Shown here: positions 15,110 to 26,849 of the stretch, one piece after another | How positions within the stretch are numbered: position 1 is the first letter of the stretch | Layout: each line of letters begins with the position of its first letter | Translations under genes and position numbers: made by a program | NCBI RefSeq assembly: GCF_009914755.1 | Contig: NC_060925.1 | Direction: 5' to 3' (one strand) | Source of the DNA: the human T2T-CHM13v2.0 reference genome, Homo sapiens | Length of the DNA: 64,000 nucleotides | Notes under the pieces: model-generated | Database searches by the model: none | What the model was told of the DNA's origin: nothing | Seen by the model: only the letters and a program-made list of their open reading frames with translations

Positions 15110-15659
15110 CTATCACAAGTACGTGTTAAAGGGCTATGCAGATGAGGGATGCATTAAATTTTGACCATAGGAGGCCGCATTAACCAAATTATATTAAATT
15201 ATTATATTAAATTAGTAGGCCTCATTAACCAAATTATATTTAAATATTATATTAAAAAGTTCAGAGACATTTTTCTTTTTAAAAAGCCACACATCTAGTG
15301 TATGTGTTATGTGAACATAAAGATTATTCTGTTTAGCACAAGGTCGTACTTCTGCGTGCAGGTGTAGATGTTCCTAGGGTCAATTATTCAAGCGACCTTA
15401 GCTACATAGGAGAAATAAATTTTATCTCTCTCTGGGTTTTTTGGAAGAATTCACATAAACTTCTGTGGATACCCGAAAACCGAAGAAGACTATGGTTTTA
15501 TCTTGTCACCTAGCTTATCCAGTTTACTGTCACTATACATTTCCTTTCCTATGTTTGTCTCCTATTTAGTAAAGACTTGCAGCCTTTTCAGCCTGGCCTC
15601 AGCTTGGCTACTGGGCATTAATCCCTGAGCCACTCATTTTTGTTTTTTCCTTCCTTCCT

Positions 15660-15840
15660 TTCTTTTTTTTTTTTTTTTTTTTTTTTTTTTCAGAGACAAG
15701 GTCTTGCTCTCTCACTTACACTCGAGCACAGTGGCACATTCATAGCTTACTGCAGCCTTGAATTCCTGGAATCCAGCAACCCTCCCACCTCAGCCTCCTG
15801 TAACTAGGACTACAGGTGCTCGCCACCATGCATGGCTAAT
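15660..15840 (-). mobile_element. Alu right monomer (FRAM/AluJ-like) inside arm A; copy at ~23247-23425 (+)
   Basis: Poly-T plus right-arm Alu sequence. Confidence 0.8.
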
Positions 15841-16541
15841 CCCAGAGCCATTTGTCCCAGGGTGTTAGAGAGGGGGCTGCTTGCTGCTCCTAGGCCACCT
15901 TCTCCCACCTCTGACAACTTTGGAGGGGTTGTTTTTAATTAGATTTAGGAAGGTAATCTCATCACTCTCCATGAGATTTTCATAAGGGGAGGGAGGAGTT
16001 CCAAGAATCCTTTTTTCCTCTGACCCATCCTTCCTCAGCTCTGTACTCAATGGGTGGTAGGGATGAGGGAAAAAGACTGATGTTATAGCTCAAAGTTGTT
16101 GACTGCCTAGAGGCCTAGAAATGTGTTAGTAATGAATCTGGGGTAGGCCTGAGTACGTGGAGTGTATATGTACCGGTGTGTTTGGGTGTGTAAGGAGGTA
16201 GGGGTGGGAGGAGCATGGAACATAGTTCTGGGCAGTTGCACAAGTAGAAGGAAATCCTAGTTCTACTTTTTGATGATTTAACATTTATTGAATGACACAC
16301 ATGTAGGGCAAAATTTGAGAGAGTTTATACTCTAATGCAATGGCTGGATGAACTCTCAATCTTTGCCCTACATATGGTGGCTTAGTTTTTCCAAGAGCAA
16401 ATCTACAGTCTCTACTCTGCCTATGGGAATTAGATTGTCCTCTGATCAGTCACAAAATAAACTTCTTTATCACTTTGTAAAAGAACTGTGTCTCCATTGC
16501 TATTTCTACCACCCACCCCTTGCCCCTGATTTGCAGCTGAC

Positions 16542-16628
16542 CTTTATGAATGTATTTTCCGAACTCAGCCAGGGCTGTAGTATTGGACTTCTCAGAGCTA
16601 AAAGTCACTGTTGGAATCTGGATGGCAC
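16542..16628 (-). CDS. PM20D1: PM20D1 exon 2 (GAIQIPTVTFSSEKSNTTALAEFGKYIHK)
   Basis: ctgacag acceptor, gtcagc donor, 87 nt, phase 1-1, in frame with exons 1 and 3. Confidence 0.96.
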
Positions 16629-18379
16629 CTGTCAGAGTCAAATAGAGATGAAAGATTGAAAATGAATTAGTCATTGTTTTTTTCTACAGTCCTCTGTGCA
16701 CAAAAAGTTCTTTTGCCTTCATTATCATATTGCAGAGGGCAAAACACTAATGTGAGGTAGGCGCTATTGTTTCCTCTAATTCGAAGATGAGGGAAAATGC
16801 TTGGAGAGGTTAGGTGAGCTGTCTGAGCAACAGGCAGACTATAGATTTAAACCTATGTCTTCTGGGTTTGTTTAGGCTGATATGGTTCTTAAAGGCAAAT
16901 ACAGTCTAAGATTGGAGGGAAGTGGATTTTTGGATCCTGGTCTTGAAGGGAAGCTACTATAAATTGCTTCCTAAGGCCTCACTACCTCTGAAATCACCAA
17001 TTGCTTTGATGAATCCAAGCTTCATCATTCTCAAGGCACCCACTGTCCTGGGTCCCTACATCAATGAGGCTTGTGTGTTTTTGTATGTAAAGGCTTATTC
17101 CTCATGCAGAGTCTCACTAGTCTGTCAACCAAGACCAGCTTTTTGGGCATATAATGCCTGGGAAGGGGTGGATTTAGAAGCCTCCAAACAAACTCCTCAG
17201 TCCTAAAATAATCTCACCCTCCTTACTCAGTTGTCTCAGTTCCTGAACCTTCACTGGGCTCATCCCTTTGAGTCTTTAAGACTTTACAGTTTTAAAGAGT
17301 TCCATGATCAAAGACAAAACCACTGGGAGGGAAAGCATGAATCATGAGAATATTGAATTAGACTGCTCTCCAAGAACACAGTGCAAACAAATTCACCTGA
17401 GGCAGGAAGGGTCTCTGAAAGACAAACTTCATCAGTTTTGCTAAGGATCAACCCTACAATAGCATAGCCCACCAGATAGATGGGGAAGCCGAGGTTCAGA
17501 AAGATTCAAGTGCCTACTCAAGGGCAGACCCAAGGATCTGATCTCAGGTGTTCTGTCCCCTGCTCAGAGTTCCAAGCTGTGTTGCTATGAGGTCCCTATT
17601 CTAGCTTATGTAGCTTTTGTTCTCTTCTGTGCAGACTGTGAGTGGCTGTCTAATGCCTTTTAGAGAATTATTTATGCTTTGGGAAAGCCCTGCTCTGCCT
17701 CCCAGGCTTGTCACTCTAGCATATGAACAATCTATATCCAACTATTGGGGTTAGCTTTTGGTCCCTGCATCTGCTTCTATATGTTTATGCAGGCAGTCTC
17801 TCTTAATCCATTACTTAATGAAAGGGAAAAGACTGGAGCTAAGCTGAATGGTAAAGAAGGATTTCATCCCATAGGATCTAGCACTCAACAGAAACTTTCC
17901 TGTTTCCTGGAAAATGCAGATTCAGAACAGGGATGAATTTTTGGTCTGGATTAGAGATCTAGAGGAGACATGTTCTTCAATTATGATTGAGAATTAGGAA
18001 CATCCCACACCCCGGGAACACTCCACTCCCTTTCTTTAGAGCCATCTGATCCCAGCGAGTCCGACAGGCACTAGATGCTGTCACCCACTGCCCACTCTTT
18101 GCTGTGGGGCCCTGGGGAAGATCATTTAGCTGACCTAAGCCTCAATTTCTCTCCTTTGTAGATAAGACTAATATCATTTGTCTTATTTTACGACACCGCA
18201 GTAATTTATCAGGCATGCAAACTTTCAAAGGTTAAAATTGATGTACAAATGAAAGCTGGTGTAATACTCGAGGCAAGCAGGGGAAAGAATGGACGGTGGT
18301 CACGCCAAGAGGGGTGAAGTTGGAGCTTCCAGGTTAGGCAGGGCACACCAGAGTTCCAGGAGCCAGGTATGGGGGAAGT

Positions 18380-19190
18380 GTGGCGTCCCCAGACAGGGGC
18401 ACGATGTGCTGGGAAGGGTGTTGGGGCCGGGCTGGGGTGCGTGTCGGGGCTCCAGCTGCAGTAGCAGATGCTTTGCGGCGGAAGCGGGGAGTCACGGGTT
18501 GACCTGGGGAGGGAGGGACCCACATATGAGCATAGGTGGGTGAAGGGGACCCGGGTTCACCTTTCAGCGCCTCTTTCATCGCGACGCGTTCCTCTTTGCT
18601 GAACTGAGAAGGGATTCGCGACGCCCTTTGATGCTCCCCGCTCCTCGGGCCCATCGATCTGGAGACGGTAGGGAAAACTAGGAGCAGCATAGCCACCAGG
18701 GCCAGCACGCAAACGCACCGCTGAGCCATGCTTCTCTCGAGCTCCTGCTGTCAGGCTACCGGGGTAGTTCTGACCTAAACGCCCAGACTAGCGTTTCTTG
18801 GCCCTAGCTCTGCTCTTATTCCGGCAAACAGCCTTAGCCACACCCCATATCCAGATCTGACCAATCATCGCTTCGCTAGGACAGCGGAACAACCAATTGA
18901 CAGAATGACCCCGCCCAGGATCCTTAAGGCCTTTCGAGGGTTGTGGGTTTTCGTGCTGAGGCCAGCAGTTCCTGCAGAGCAGAGGTGAGGTCGGGCTCCA
19001 GGCTAGAGTCATGTCTGGTCCGCACTTGATCTCTCACCCATAAATCCTTTCCTGTATGACAACAAATCAAATAAAGGAGGAAAAGCAAAATAAAATGCAC
19101 GAAGCTTATCAGACCATACTCTGCTGCTCGTTTTTTCCGAAGCTTAGAACCTGACTACAATTCCCTAGATCCTGGGGCGGGGGAGCTCTC
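18380..19190. promoter_or_regulatory. PM20D1: PM20D1 CpG-rich promoter/exon 1 region: CCAAT boxes (18861-18865, 18893-18897), GC boxes (18909-18916, ~19174), ACTACAATTCCC motif (19154-19165)
   Basis: Dense CpGs around exon 1 against a CpG-poor background; motifs read directly. ACTACAnnTCCC is the known ZNF143/THAP11-associated promoter motif. Confidence 0.8.
18561..18729 (-). CDS. PM20D1: PM20D1 coding exon 1 (signal peptide; [25 protein letters not shown]...EALK)
   Basis: ATG at 18729-18727; hydrophobic signal peptide; GT donor at 18560-18559; 169 nt; matches recalled PM20D1 N-terminus. Confidence 0.97.
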
Positions 19191-19713
19191 TAGGTTCCCA
19201 GCTTGATTTCATCTGAAATTGGAACAAATTGCTCTGTTTATAGATACTGCTTTGAAATACCAGCTCAGAGGGTTGGCTCCTGTTTAGAAATTTCATTGAA
19301 AGTGCTTTTAATATTAATGTTAACACTACATTTTTGCAACTCTAGACAAGTACAGTAAGACTGAAGGATTTTTAGAAAGATTACTATAAAATATTTAAGA
19401 GAATTTTGATGTATAAATAATTTTGATGTATTCCACAAGTGAAATTTTATGGTTATTCAGAGTAGAGGATCATTCTGGAAAAAAGAAAACCTGTCTTATG
19501 TCACAGAAATATAAAATCAGATTTCCTGAAGCCAGAATAAATCGTTCCTTTCAGATTTCTTGATGCAATTTTATCTGGCATCACTCTCAAATTTTAGAAT
19601 TCTCAAGAAAAATTCAGTAAGTGCTATACAACCAGTAAGGCCATATTGCTACCTGTGACCAAAGCTACAGGTTCACAGTCCTGGTGTTTGCATTTCATTT
19701 AAGATTTGCTTAA

Positions 19714-20088
<375 letters not shown>

Positions 20089-20192
20089 TAAAGATATAAA
20101 AAATAACATAATGAACATTTCTGGATTCACCACCTAGTTTAAGATTTAGAATGTTAAAAATAGAGTTGAAATTTAAACATGAACATTGACAT

Positions 20193-20354
20193 AATTTTTA
20201 GTAAAAAGTAGCTTAATCTCTACCTAACTTTAAAATTTTTTTAAAAGAGACTTTTTATTTTATATATTTATTATTTTTTAAAATTATTATTATTTTTGTA
20301 GAGATAGGGTTTCACTATTTTGTCCAGGCTGCTCTTGAACTCCTGGACTCAAGC
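20193..20354. repeat. Source of a ~160 bp direct duplication (copy at 22125-22285), including part of a FLAM
   Basis: aatttttagtaaaaa...ctcctggactcaagc occurs at both sites, about 93% identical. Confidence 0.9.
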
Positions 20355-20415
20355 AACCCTCCCATTTAAGCCTCCCAAAGTGCTAGTATTACAGGAATGA
20401 GCCACCACACCCAGC
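20285..20415 (-). mobile_element. FLAM / Alu left monomer
   Basis: Single left-arm Alu sequence with AT-rich tail. Confidence 0.8.
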
Positions 20416-20699
20416 ACAATTTTTATGATTGTAAAATTCATGTATATTTATGCCCTTGTGAAATATTTGGAACATTAAGTATAAAGAAAAAAATCACATG
20501 CTATCCCAATATCCAGAGACGTTCACTCATCATATTTTGATGTTATCCAATCTTTTTTCTCTGCACACAAATACCCACAAATGAAGGATGTCCCTGTTTT
20601 AAAATGAAACAGATGCATATACTGCATCCAAAGTTCTATGTTCTGCTTTTTTTCCTTTAACATTATGTCATAAACACTTCCTAGTCCTTAAATATTCTT

Positions 20700-22087
20700 T
20701 AAATTATCTTATCACATAATATTTGATAATTAAGAGTACGTACAACGTGTATGTAAAGTAAATAATAACATGAACACCCGTGATTTGGAGTTTAGACCTA
20801 ACTGGTCAAACTGCATTTTTTCTCCTGTCACTGCTCCAATTCTTGCAATCTGTCTAATTCCCACACTGTTCCCAGATCTAGCCAATCATGGAAAATTATC
20901 AGTAGCATTGAAGGTGCATGTGTTCTATTGCCTTTATTTTCCAACTCCCTGCCCAAGGTAATTGTATGACCGTGTTGTGTGTTTTAAATAGTTCTACAAC
21001 ATATGTATGATATACATATATGTATAGTGTGTGTGTGTGTATATCTTATAAAAATGACATCATGTTGTGTGTAGTCTTCTGCAATTTGCTCTTTTTACCC
21101 AACACTGTTTGTGGGATTTATGCATGCTGTTATATCTTGCTACAGTCTATTGACATTATTGTACATGTCTCCTGGGCCACAGGTAAAAGAGATTCTCTGG
21201 AATATATATCTAGGAGTGAAAATGCTGTGTTGTACTGTATGTTCTATTTTACAAGAGAAGGCTGAATTATTTTCCAAAGTGATTGGAACAATTTATACTA
21301 ATCAGCAAGGTAGTGCATAGTATATAAGTTCCTGTTGCTTCACTTTCTCACTAGCTCTTGGCATTGGCATTTCCAATATCTTCATTTTGCCCATTTAGTG
21401 CCTGGAAAATATCTCCTTGTGGTATTATTTTGTACTCTCTAGTTTGTTAAAGAGTTTAAGCTTTATTTATTTATTTATTTATTTATTTATCATAGGGTCT
21501 TGCTCTGTCACCCAGGCTGGAGTTCAGTGGCACAAGTATAGCTCACTGCAGCCTCCAACTCCTGAGCTCAAAGAATCCTCTTGCCGCAGCCTTCTGAGTA
21601 GCTAAGATTGCAAGTGAACACCAACACCTTCAGCTAATTTTTAGAAGTTTTTTTATAGAGACAGTGTCTCTCTATGTTGCCCAGACTGGTCTTGAACTCC
21701 TGGCCTCAAATGATCCTCCTGCCTTGGTCTCCCAAAGTGCTGAGATGACAGGCTGAACCACCATGCCTGGCCTAAACATCTTTAAATATGCTTATTTGCC
21801 ATTCATGTTTCTCTGGTAAAATGACTGTTCATATCTATTGCCCATTTTTGTTTAGAGCTGTCTTCTTATTGAATTTTAAGGGTTTCTATATATTGTGGAG
21901 TCTAAAATTTTGTCAGTTTTATTTAAATTATAAATATTTCTCTTCATTTGTGTCTTGTGTTTTTATTTTTTTAATGGCCTTTTGATGGGTTGAAGTCTTA
22001 ATAATATAGTTGAATTTATTATTATATTCTTTTATAATTAGTGATGTTTTCTTGCTTAAAAAATCTTAACAAATCTAGTCCAAGGTC

Positions 22088-22092
<5 letters not shown>
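20700..22092 (-). mobile_element. Old L1M fragments interrupted by an AluJ (21463-21773), ending in (TA)n
   Basis: L1 3' motifs (ttgtttccaaagtg-like, ctgttcatatctattgcccatttt); AluJ body with (TTTA)n tail. Confidence 0.65.
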
Positions 22093-22126
<34 letters not shown>

Positions 22127-22280
22127 TTTTTAGTAAAAAATAGCTTAATCTCTACCAAACTTTAAAAATTTTTAAAAAGATACTTTTTATTTTATGTATT
22201 TATTATTTTTAAATTTATTACTATTTTTGTAGAGATAGGGTCTCACTATTTTGCCCAGGCTGCTCTTGAACTCCTGGACT

Positions 22281-24079
22281 CAAGCTTTTTCCCTTATCTT
22301 CGAATTAGAGAAAACAATAGTGCCTACCTCATATTAGTGTTTTGCCCTCTGCAATACGATAATGAAGGCAAAAGAACTTTTTGTGCACAGAGGACTGTAG
22401 AAAAAAAAATGATTAATTCATGTTCAGTCTTTCATCTCTGACCATTTGACTCTGACAGGTGCCATCCAGATTCCAACAGTGACTTTTAGCTCTGAGAAGT
22501 CCAATACTACAGCCCTGGCTGAGTTCGGAAAATACATTCATAAAGGTCAGCTGCAAATCAGGGGCAAGGGGTGGGTGGTAGAAATAGCAATGGAGACACA
22601 GTTCTTTTACAAAGTGATAAAGAAGTTTATTTTGTGACTGATCAGAGGACAATCTAATTCCCATGGGCAGAGTAGAGACTGTAGATTTGCTCTTGGAAAA
22701 ACTAAGCCACCATATGTAGGGCAAAGATTGAGAGTTCATCCAGCCATTGCATTAGAGTATAAACTCTCTCAAACTTTGCCCTACATATGTGTCATTCAAT
22801 AAATGTTAAATCATCAAAAAGTAGAACTAGGATTTCCTTCTACTTGTGCAACTGCCCAGAACTATGTTCCATGCTCCTCCTACCCCTACCTCCTTACACA
22901 CCCAAACACACCGGTACATATACACTCCACATACTCAGGCCTACCCCAGATTCATTACTAACACATTTCTAGGCCTCTAGGCAGTCAACAACTTTGAGCT
23001 ATAACATCAGTCTTTTTCCCTCATCCCTACCACCCATTGAGTACAGAGCTGAGGAAGGATGGGTCAGAGGAAAAAAGGATTCTTGGAACTCCTCCCTCCC
23101 CTTATGAAAATCTCATGGAGAGTGATGAGATTACCTTCCTAAATCTAATTAAAAACAACCCCTCCAAAGTTGTCAGAGGTGGGAGAAGGTGGCCTAGGAG
23201 CAGCAAGCAGCCCCCTCTCTAACACCCTGGGACAAATGGCTCTGGGATTAGCCATGCATGGTGGCGAGCACCTGTAGTCCTAGTTACAGGAGGCTGAGGT
23301 GGGAGGGTTGCTGGATTCCAGGAATTCAAGGCTGCAGTAAGCTATGAATGTGCCACTGTGCTCAAGCGTAAGTGAGAGAGCAAGACCTTGTCTCTGGAAA
23401 AAAAAAAAAAAAAAAAAAAAAGAAAGGAAGGAAGGAAAAAACAAAAATGAGTGGCTCAGGGATTAATGCCCAGTAGCCAAGCTGAGGCCAGGCTGAAAAG
23501 GCTGGAAGTCTTTACTAAATAGGAGACAAACATAGGAAAGGAAATGTATAGTGACAGTAAACTAGATAAGCTAAGTGACAAGATAAAACCATATTCTTCT
23601 TCAGTTTTTGGGTATCCACAGAATTATATGTGAATTCTTCCAAAAAGCCCAGAGAGAGATAAAATTTATTTCTCCTATGTAGCTAAGGTCACTTGAATAA
23701 TTGACCCTGGGAACATCTACACCTGCATGCAGAAGCACCTTGTGCTAAACAGAATAATCTGTGTTCACATAACACATACACTAGATGTGTGGCTTTTTAA
23801 AAAGAAAAATGTCTCTGAACTTTTTAATATAATATTTAAATATAATTTGGTTAATGAGGCCTACTAATTTAATATAATAATTTAATATAATTTGGTTAAT
23901 GAGGCCTCCTATGGTCAAAATTTAATGCATCCCTCATCTGCATAGCCCTTTAACACATACTTGTGATAGCATGTTATAGGTCTGACCAAGCCTGAGCTTG
24001 AGATATTGACCATCTTAGTAGTGAGTCTTTTTTTTTTGAGATTGAGTTTTGCTCTTTTCACCCACGCTGGAGTGCAATG
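22281..24079. repeat. Inverted duplication arm B (upstream of PM20D1)
   Basis: Inverted copy of 15042-16803 plus a stub of the Alu end at 14698-14760. Confidence 0.97.
22459..22545 (+). pseudogene. Duplicated PM20D1 exon 2 in opposite orientation, 87/87 identical, splice sites intact
   Basis: ctgacag acceptor (AG 22457-22458) and gtcagc donor (22546); same translation as exon 2. Confidence 0.93.
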
Positions 24080-26236
24080 AACTTAAACTATACCCTAGAA
24101 CAAATGGACTTAACTGATATTTACAGACTATTCTACCTAACAATTCAGAATATACATTTTTTTCATCAGCACATGGAACATTCTCCAAGATAGACCATTT
24201 GATCGGCCACAAAACAAATCTCAATAAATTTAAGAAAATCAAAATTATATCAAGTACTCTCTCAGACTACAGTGGAATAAAATTGGAAATTAACTCTAAA
24301 AGGAACCCTCAAGACTATACAAATATGTGGAAATTAAATAATCTGCTCCTGAATGATCTTTGGATCAACAATGAAATAAAAATGGAAATTAAAAAATTCT
24401 TTGAACTGAATGATAATAGTGACAGAACATGTTAAAACCTCTGGGATACAGCAAAAGTGGTGCTAAGACGACAGTTCATAGCATTAAATGCCTACATCAA
24501 AAAGTCTGAAAGAACACAAATAGAGAACCTAAGATCACACCTCAAGGAACTAGAGAAACAAGAACAAACCAAACCCAAAACCAGCAGAAGAAAATAAATA
24601 ACAAAAGTCAGAGCAGAACTAAATGAAATTGAAACAAACAAACAAAAAACAATACAAAAGATAAATGAAGCAAAAAGATGGTTCTTTGAAAAGATAAAAA
24701 AAATTGATAGACCATTAGTGAGATTAACCAAGAACAGAGAGAAGATCCAAATAAGCTCAATTAGAAATGAAACAGAAGATATTACAACTGATACCATAGA
24801 AATACAAAAGATCATTTAAGGCTACTATGAACACCTTTATGCACACAAACTAGAAAATCTAGAGGAGATGGATAAATTCCTGGGAATATGCAACCCTACT
24901 AGATTAAATCAGGAAGAAATAGAAACTCTGAACAAACCAATAACAAGTAGTGAGATTGAAATGGTAATTAAAAAATTGCCAACAAAATAAAGCCCAGGAT
25001 CAGATGGTTACACAGCTGAATTCTATCAGGCATTCAAAGAAGAATTGGTACCAATCTTACTGAAATTATTCCATAAGATAGAGAAAGAGGGAATCCTCCC
25101 TAAGTCATTCTATGAAGCCAGTATCACCCTAATAGCAAAACAAGAAAAGGACATAATAAAACAAGAAAACTACAGACCAATATCCCTGGTGAACATAGAT
25201 GTGAAAATCCTCAACAAAATACTAGCTAACTGAACCCAACAGCATATCAAAAAGATAATACACCATGATCAAGTGGATTTCATGCCAGGAATGCATGGAT
25301 GGTTTAACATACACAAGTCAATAAATGTAATACATCACATAAGCAGAATTAAGAACAGAAATTATATGATCATCTCAATGGATGCAGAAAAAGCATTTGC
25401 CAAAATCCAGCATCACTTTATGATGAAAGCCACCAGCAAAGTCAGCATAGAAGGGACATAACTCAAAGTAATAAAAGCCATCTATGACAAACACACAGCT
25501 GACATTATAGTGAATGGAGAAAAGTTGAAAGCATTCCCTCTGAGAACTGGAACAAGAAAAGGATTCTTACTTTCACCACTGCTACTCAATATTGTACTGG
25601 AAGTCCTAGCCAGAGAAATCGGACAAGAGAAAGAAATAAAGGACATCCAAATTGCAAAAGAGAAAGTCAAACTGTCACTATTCACTGATATAATGACATG
25701 ATATGATGACATAATTGTATACCTAGAAGACCCTAAAGACCCATCCAGAAAGCTCCTAGATGTGGTAAATGAATTCAGTAAAGTTTCAGGATACAAAAAC
25801 AATGTACACAAATCAGGAGTACGGCTATACAACACCAACAACCAAACTAATAATCAAATCAAGAACTCAATCCCTTTTACAACAGCTGCAACAAAATTAA
25901 ATACTTAGGAATATACCTAACCAAGGAGGTGGAAGATCTCTACAAGGAAAACTACAAAAAACTGCTGAAAGAAATCATAGATGATACAAACAAATGGAAA
26001 CATATCCTATGCTCACAAATGGGTAGAAACAATATTGTGAAAATGAGCATACTACCAAAAGCAATCTACAAATTCAATGCAATTCCCATCAAAATACCAT
26101 CATCATTCTTCACAGAACTAAAACAAATATTAAAATTCATATGGAACCAAAAATGAGCCTGCATAGCCAAAGCAAGACTAAACAAAAAGAAGAAATCTGG
26201 AGGCATCACATTACCAGACTTCAAACTATACAACAA

Positions 26237-26849
26237 TGCTGGTAGAAGAGGTGAGGCAGGACTAGCTTGTCTGTCATAATGTAAAAGAGTCTTGGAAGAT
26301 GTCTGGGGTCCAGGGTCTAAAACCCTTCGTGGCCTTTGGAACACCAAGCTCTATGCCAAAGGGTGGAAGGCTGCCCTGACATGCCAAAATCTAAGCCCAG
26401 GGCATAAAACCCCTTGTGGCTTGTATGGAATCCGGGGCTCAGGGCATAAACCCCCTTGTAGCCTCTGGAATGTGCACAGACTTGTTGGTTCCTTGCTTCT
26501 TACTTGTAAACATGTCCTCCATTATCTCAAGCAGCAGAGCATATTCTATATGCATCAAAGAAAATGCTAAACCATCACAGCTACGCTTAATGCACCACTA
26601 CCTTTCTACCCCCACGTCCTCATGCCCTCACCTCTTTACCCCCACATCTGCACGTCCTCACCATCTGCTTCTTTGTTTGGTCTCCAATAAATAGTGTGGG
26701 CTCCCAGAGCTCGGGGCCTTCGCAGCCTCCAATCTAGTGTTGGCCCCCTGGACCCAATTTATGCACTTTTAACTTGTCTTTTCTCATTTCTTTCACCCCA
26801 CCGGACTTTGTAGCCTGATGGCCTGGTGTTGGGCCTGATCACCCCAAAA
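26237..26849 (+). mobile_element. 5' LTR, LTR14-family (LTR14B-sized, ~610 bp)
   Basis: TG start, aataaa signal, U5 end ggcctgatcaccccaaaa like LTR14; followed by a Lys PBS aggcacccaacgtggggc (26854-26871, 2 mismatches to TGGCGCCCAACGTGGGGC). Confidence 0.8.

Noticed and set aside
15171-15255. ~45 bp AT-rich tandem duplication (aggccNcattaaccaaattatatt x2)
   Set aside because: Simple local slippage present in both arms; nothing suggests function.
18334-18729. 131 aa ORF as a stand-alone secreted protein
   Set aside because: It is exon 1 read through the GT donor at 18560 into intron 1; only the first 56 codons are PM20D1.
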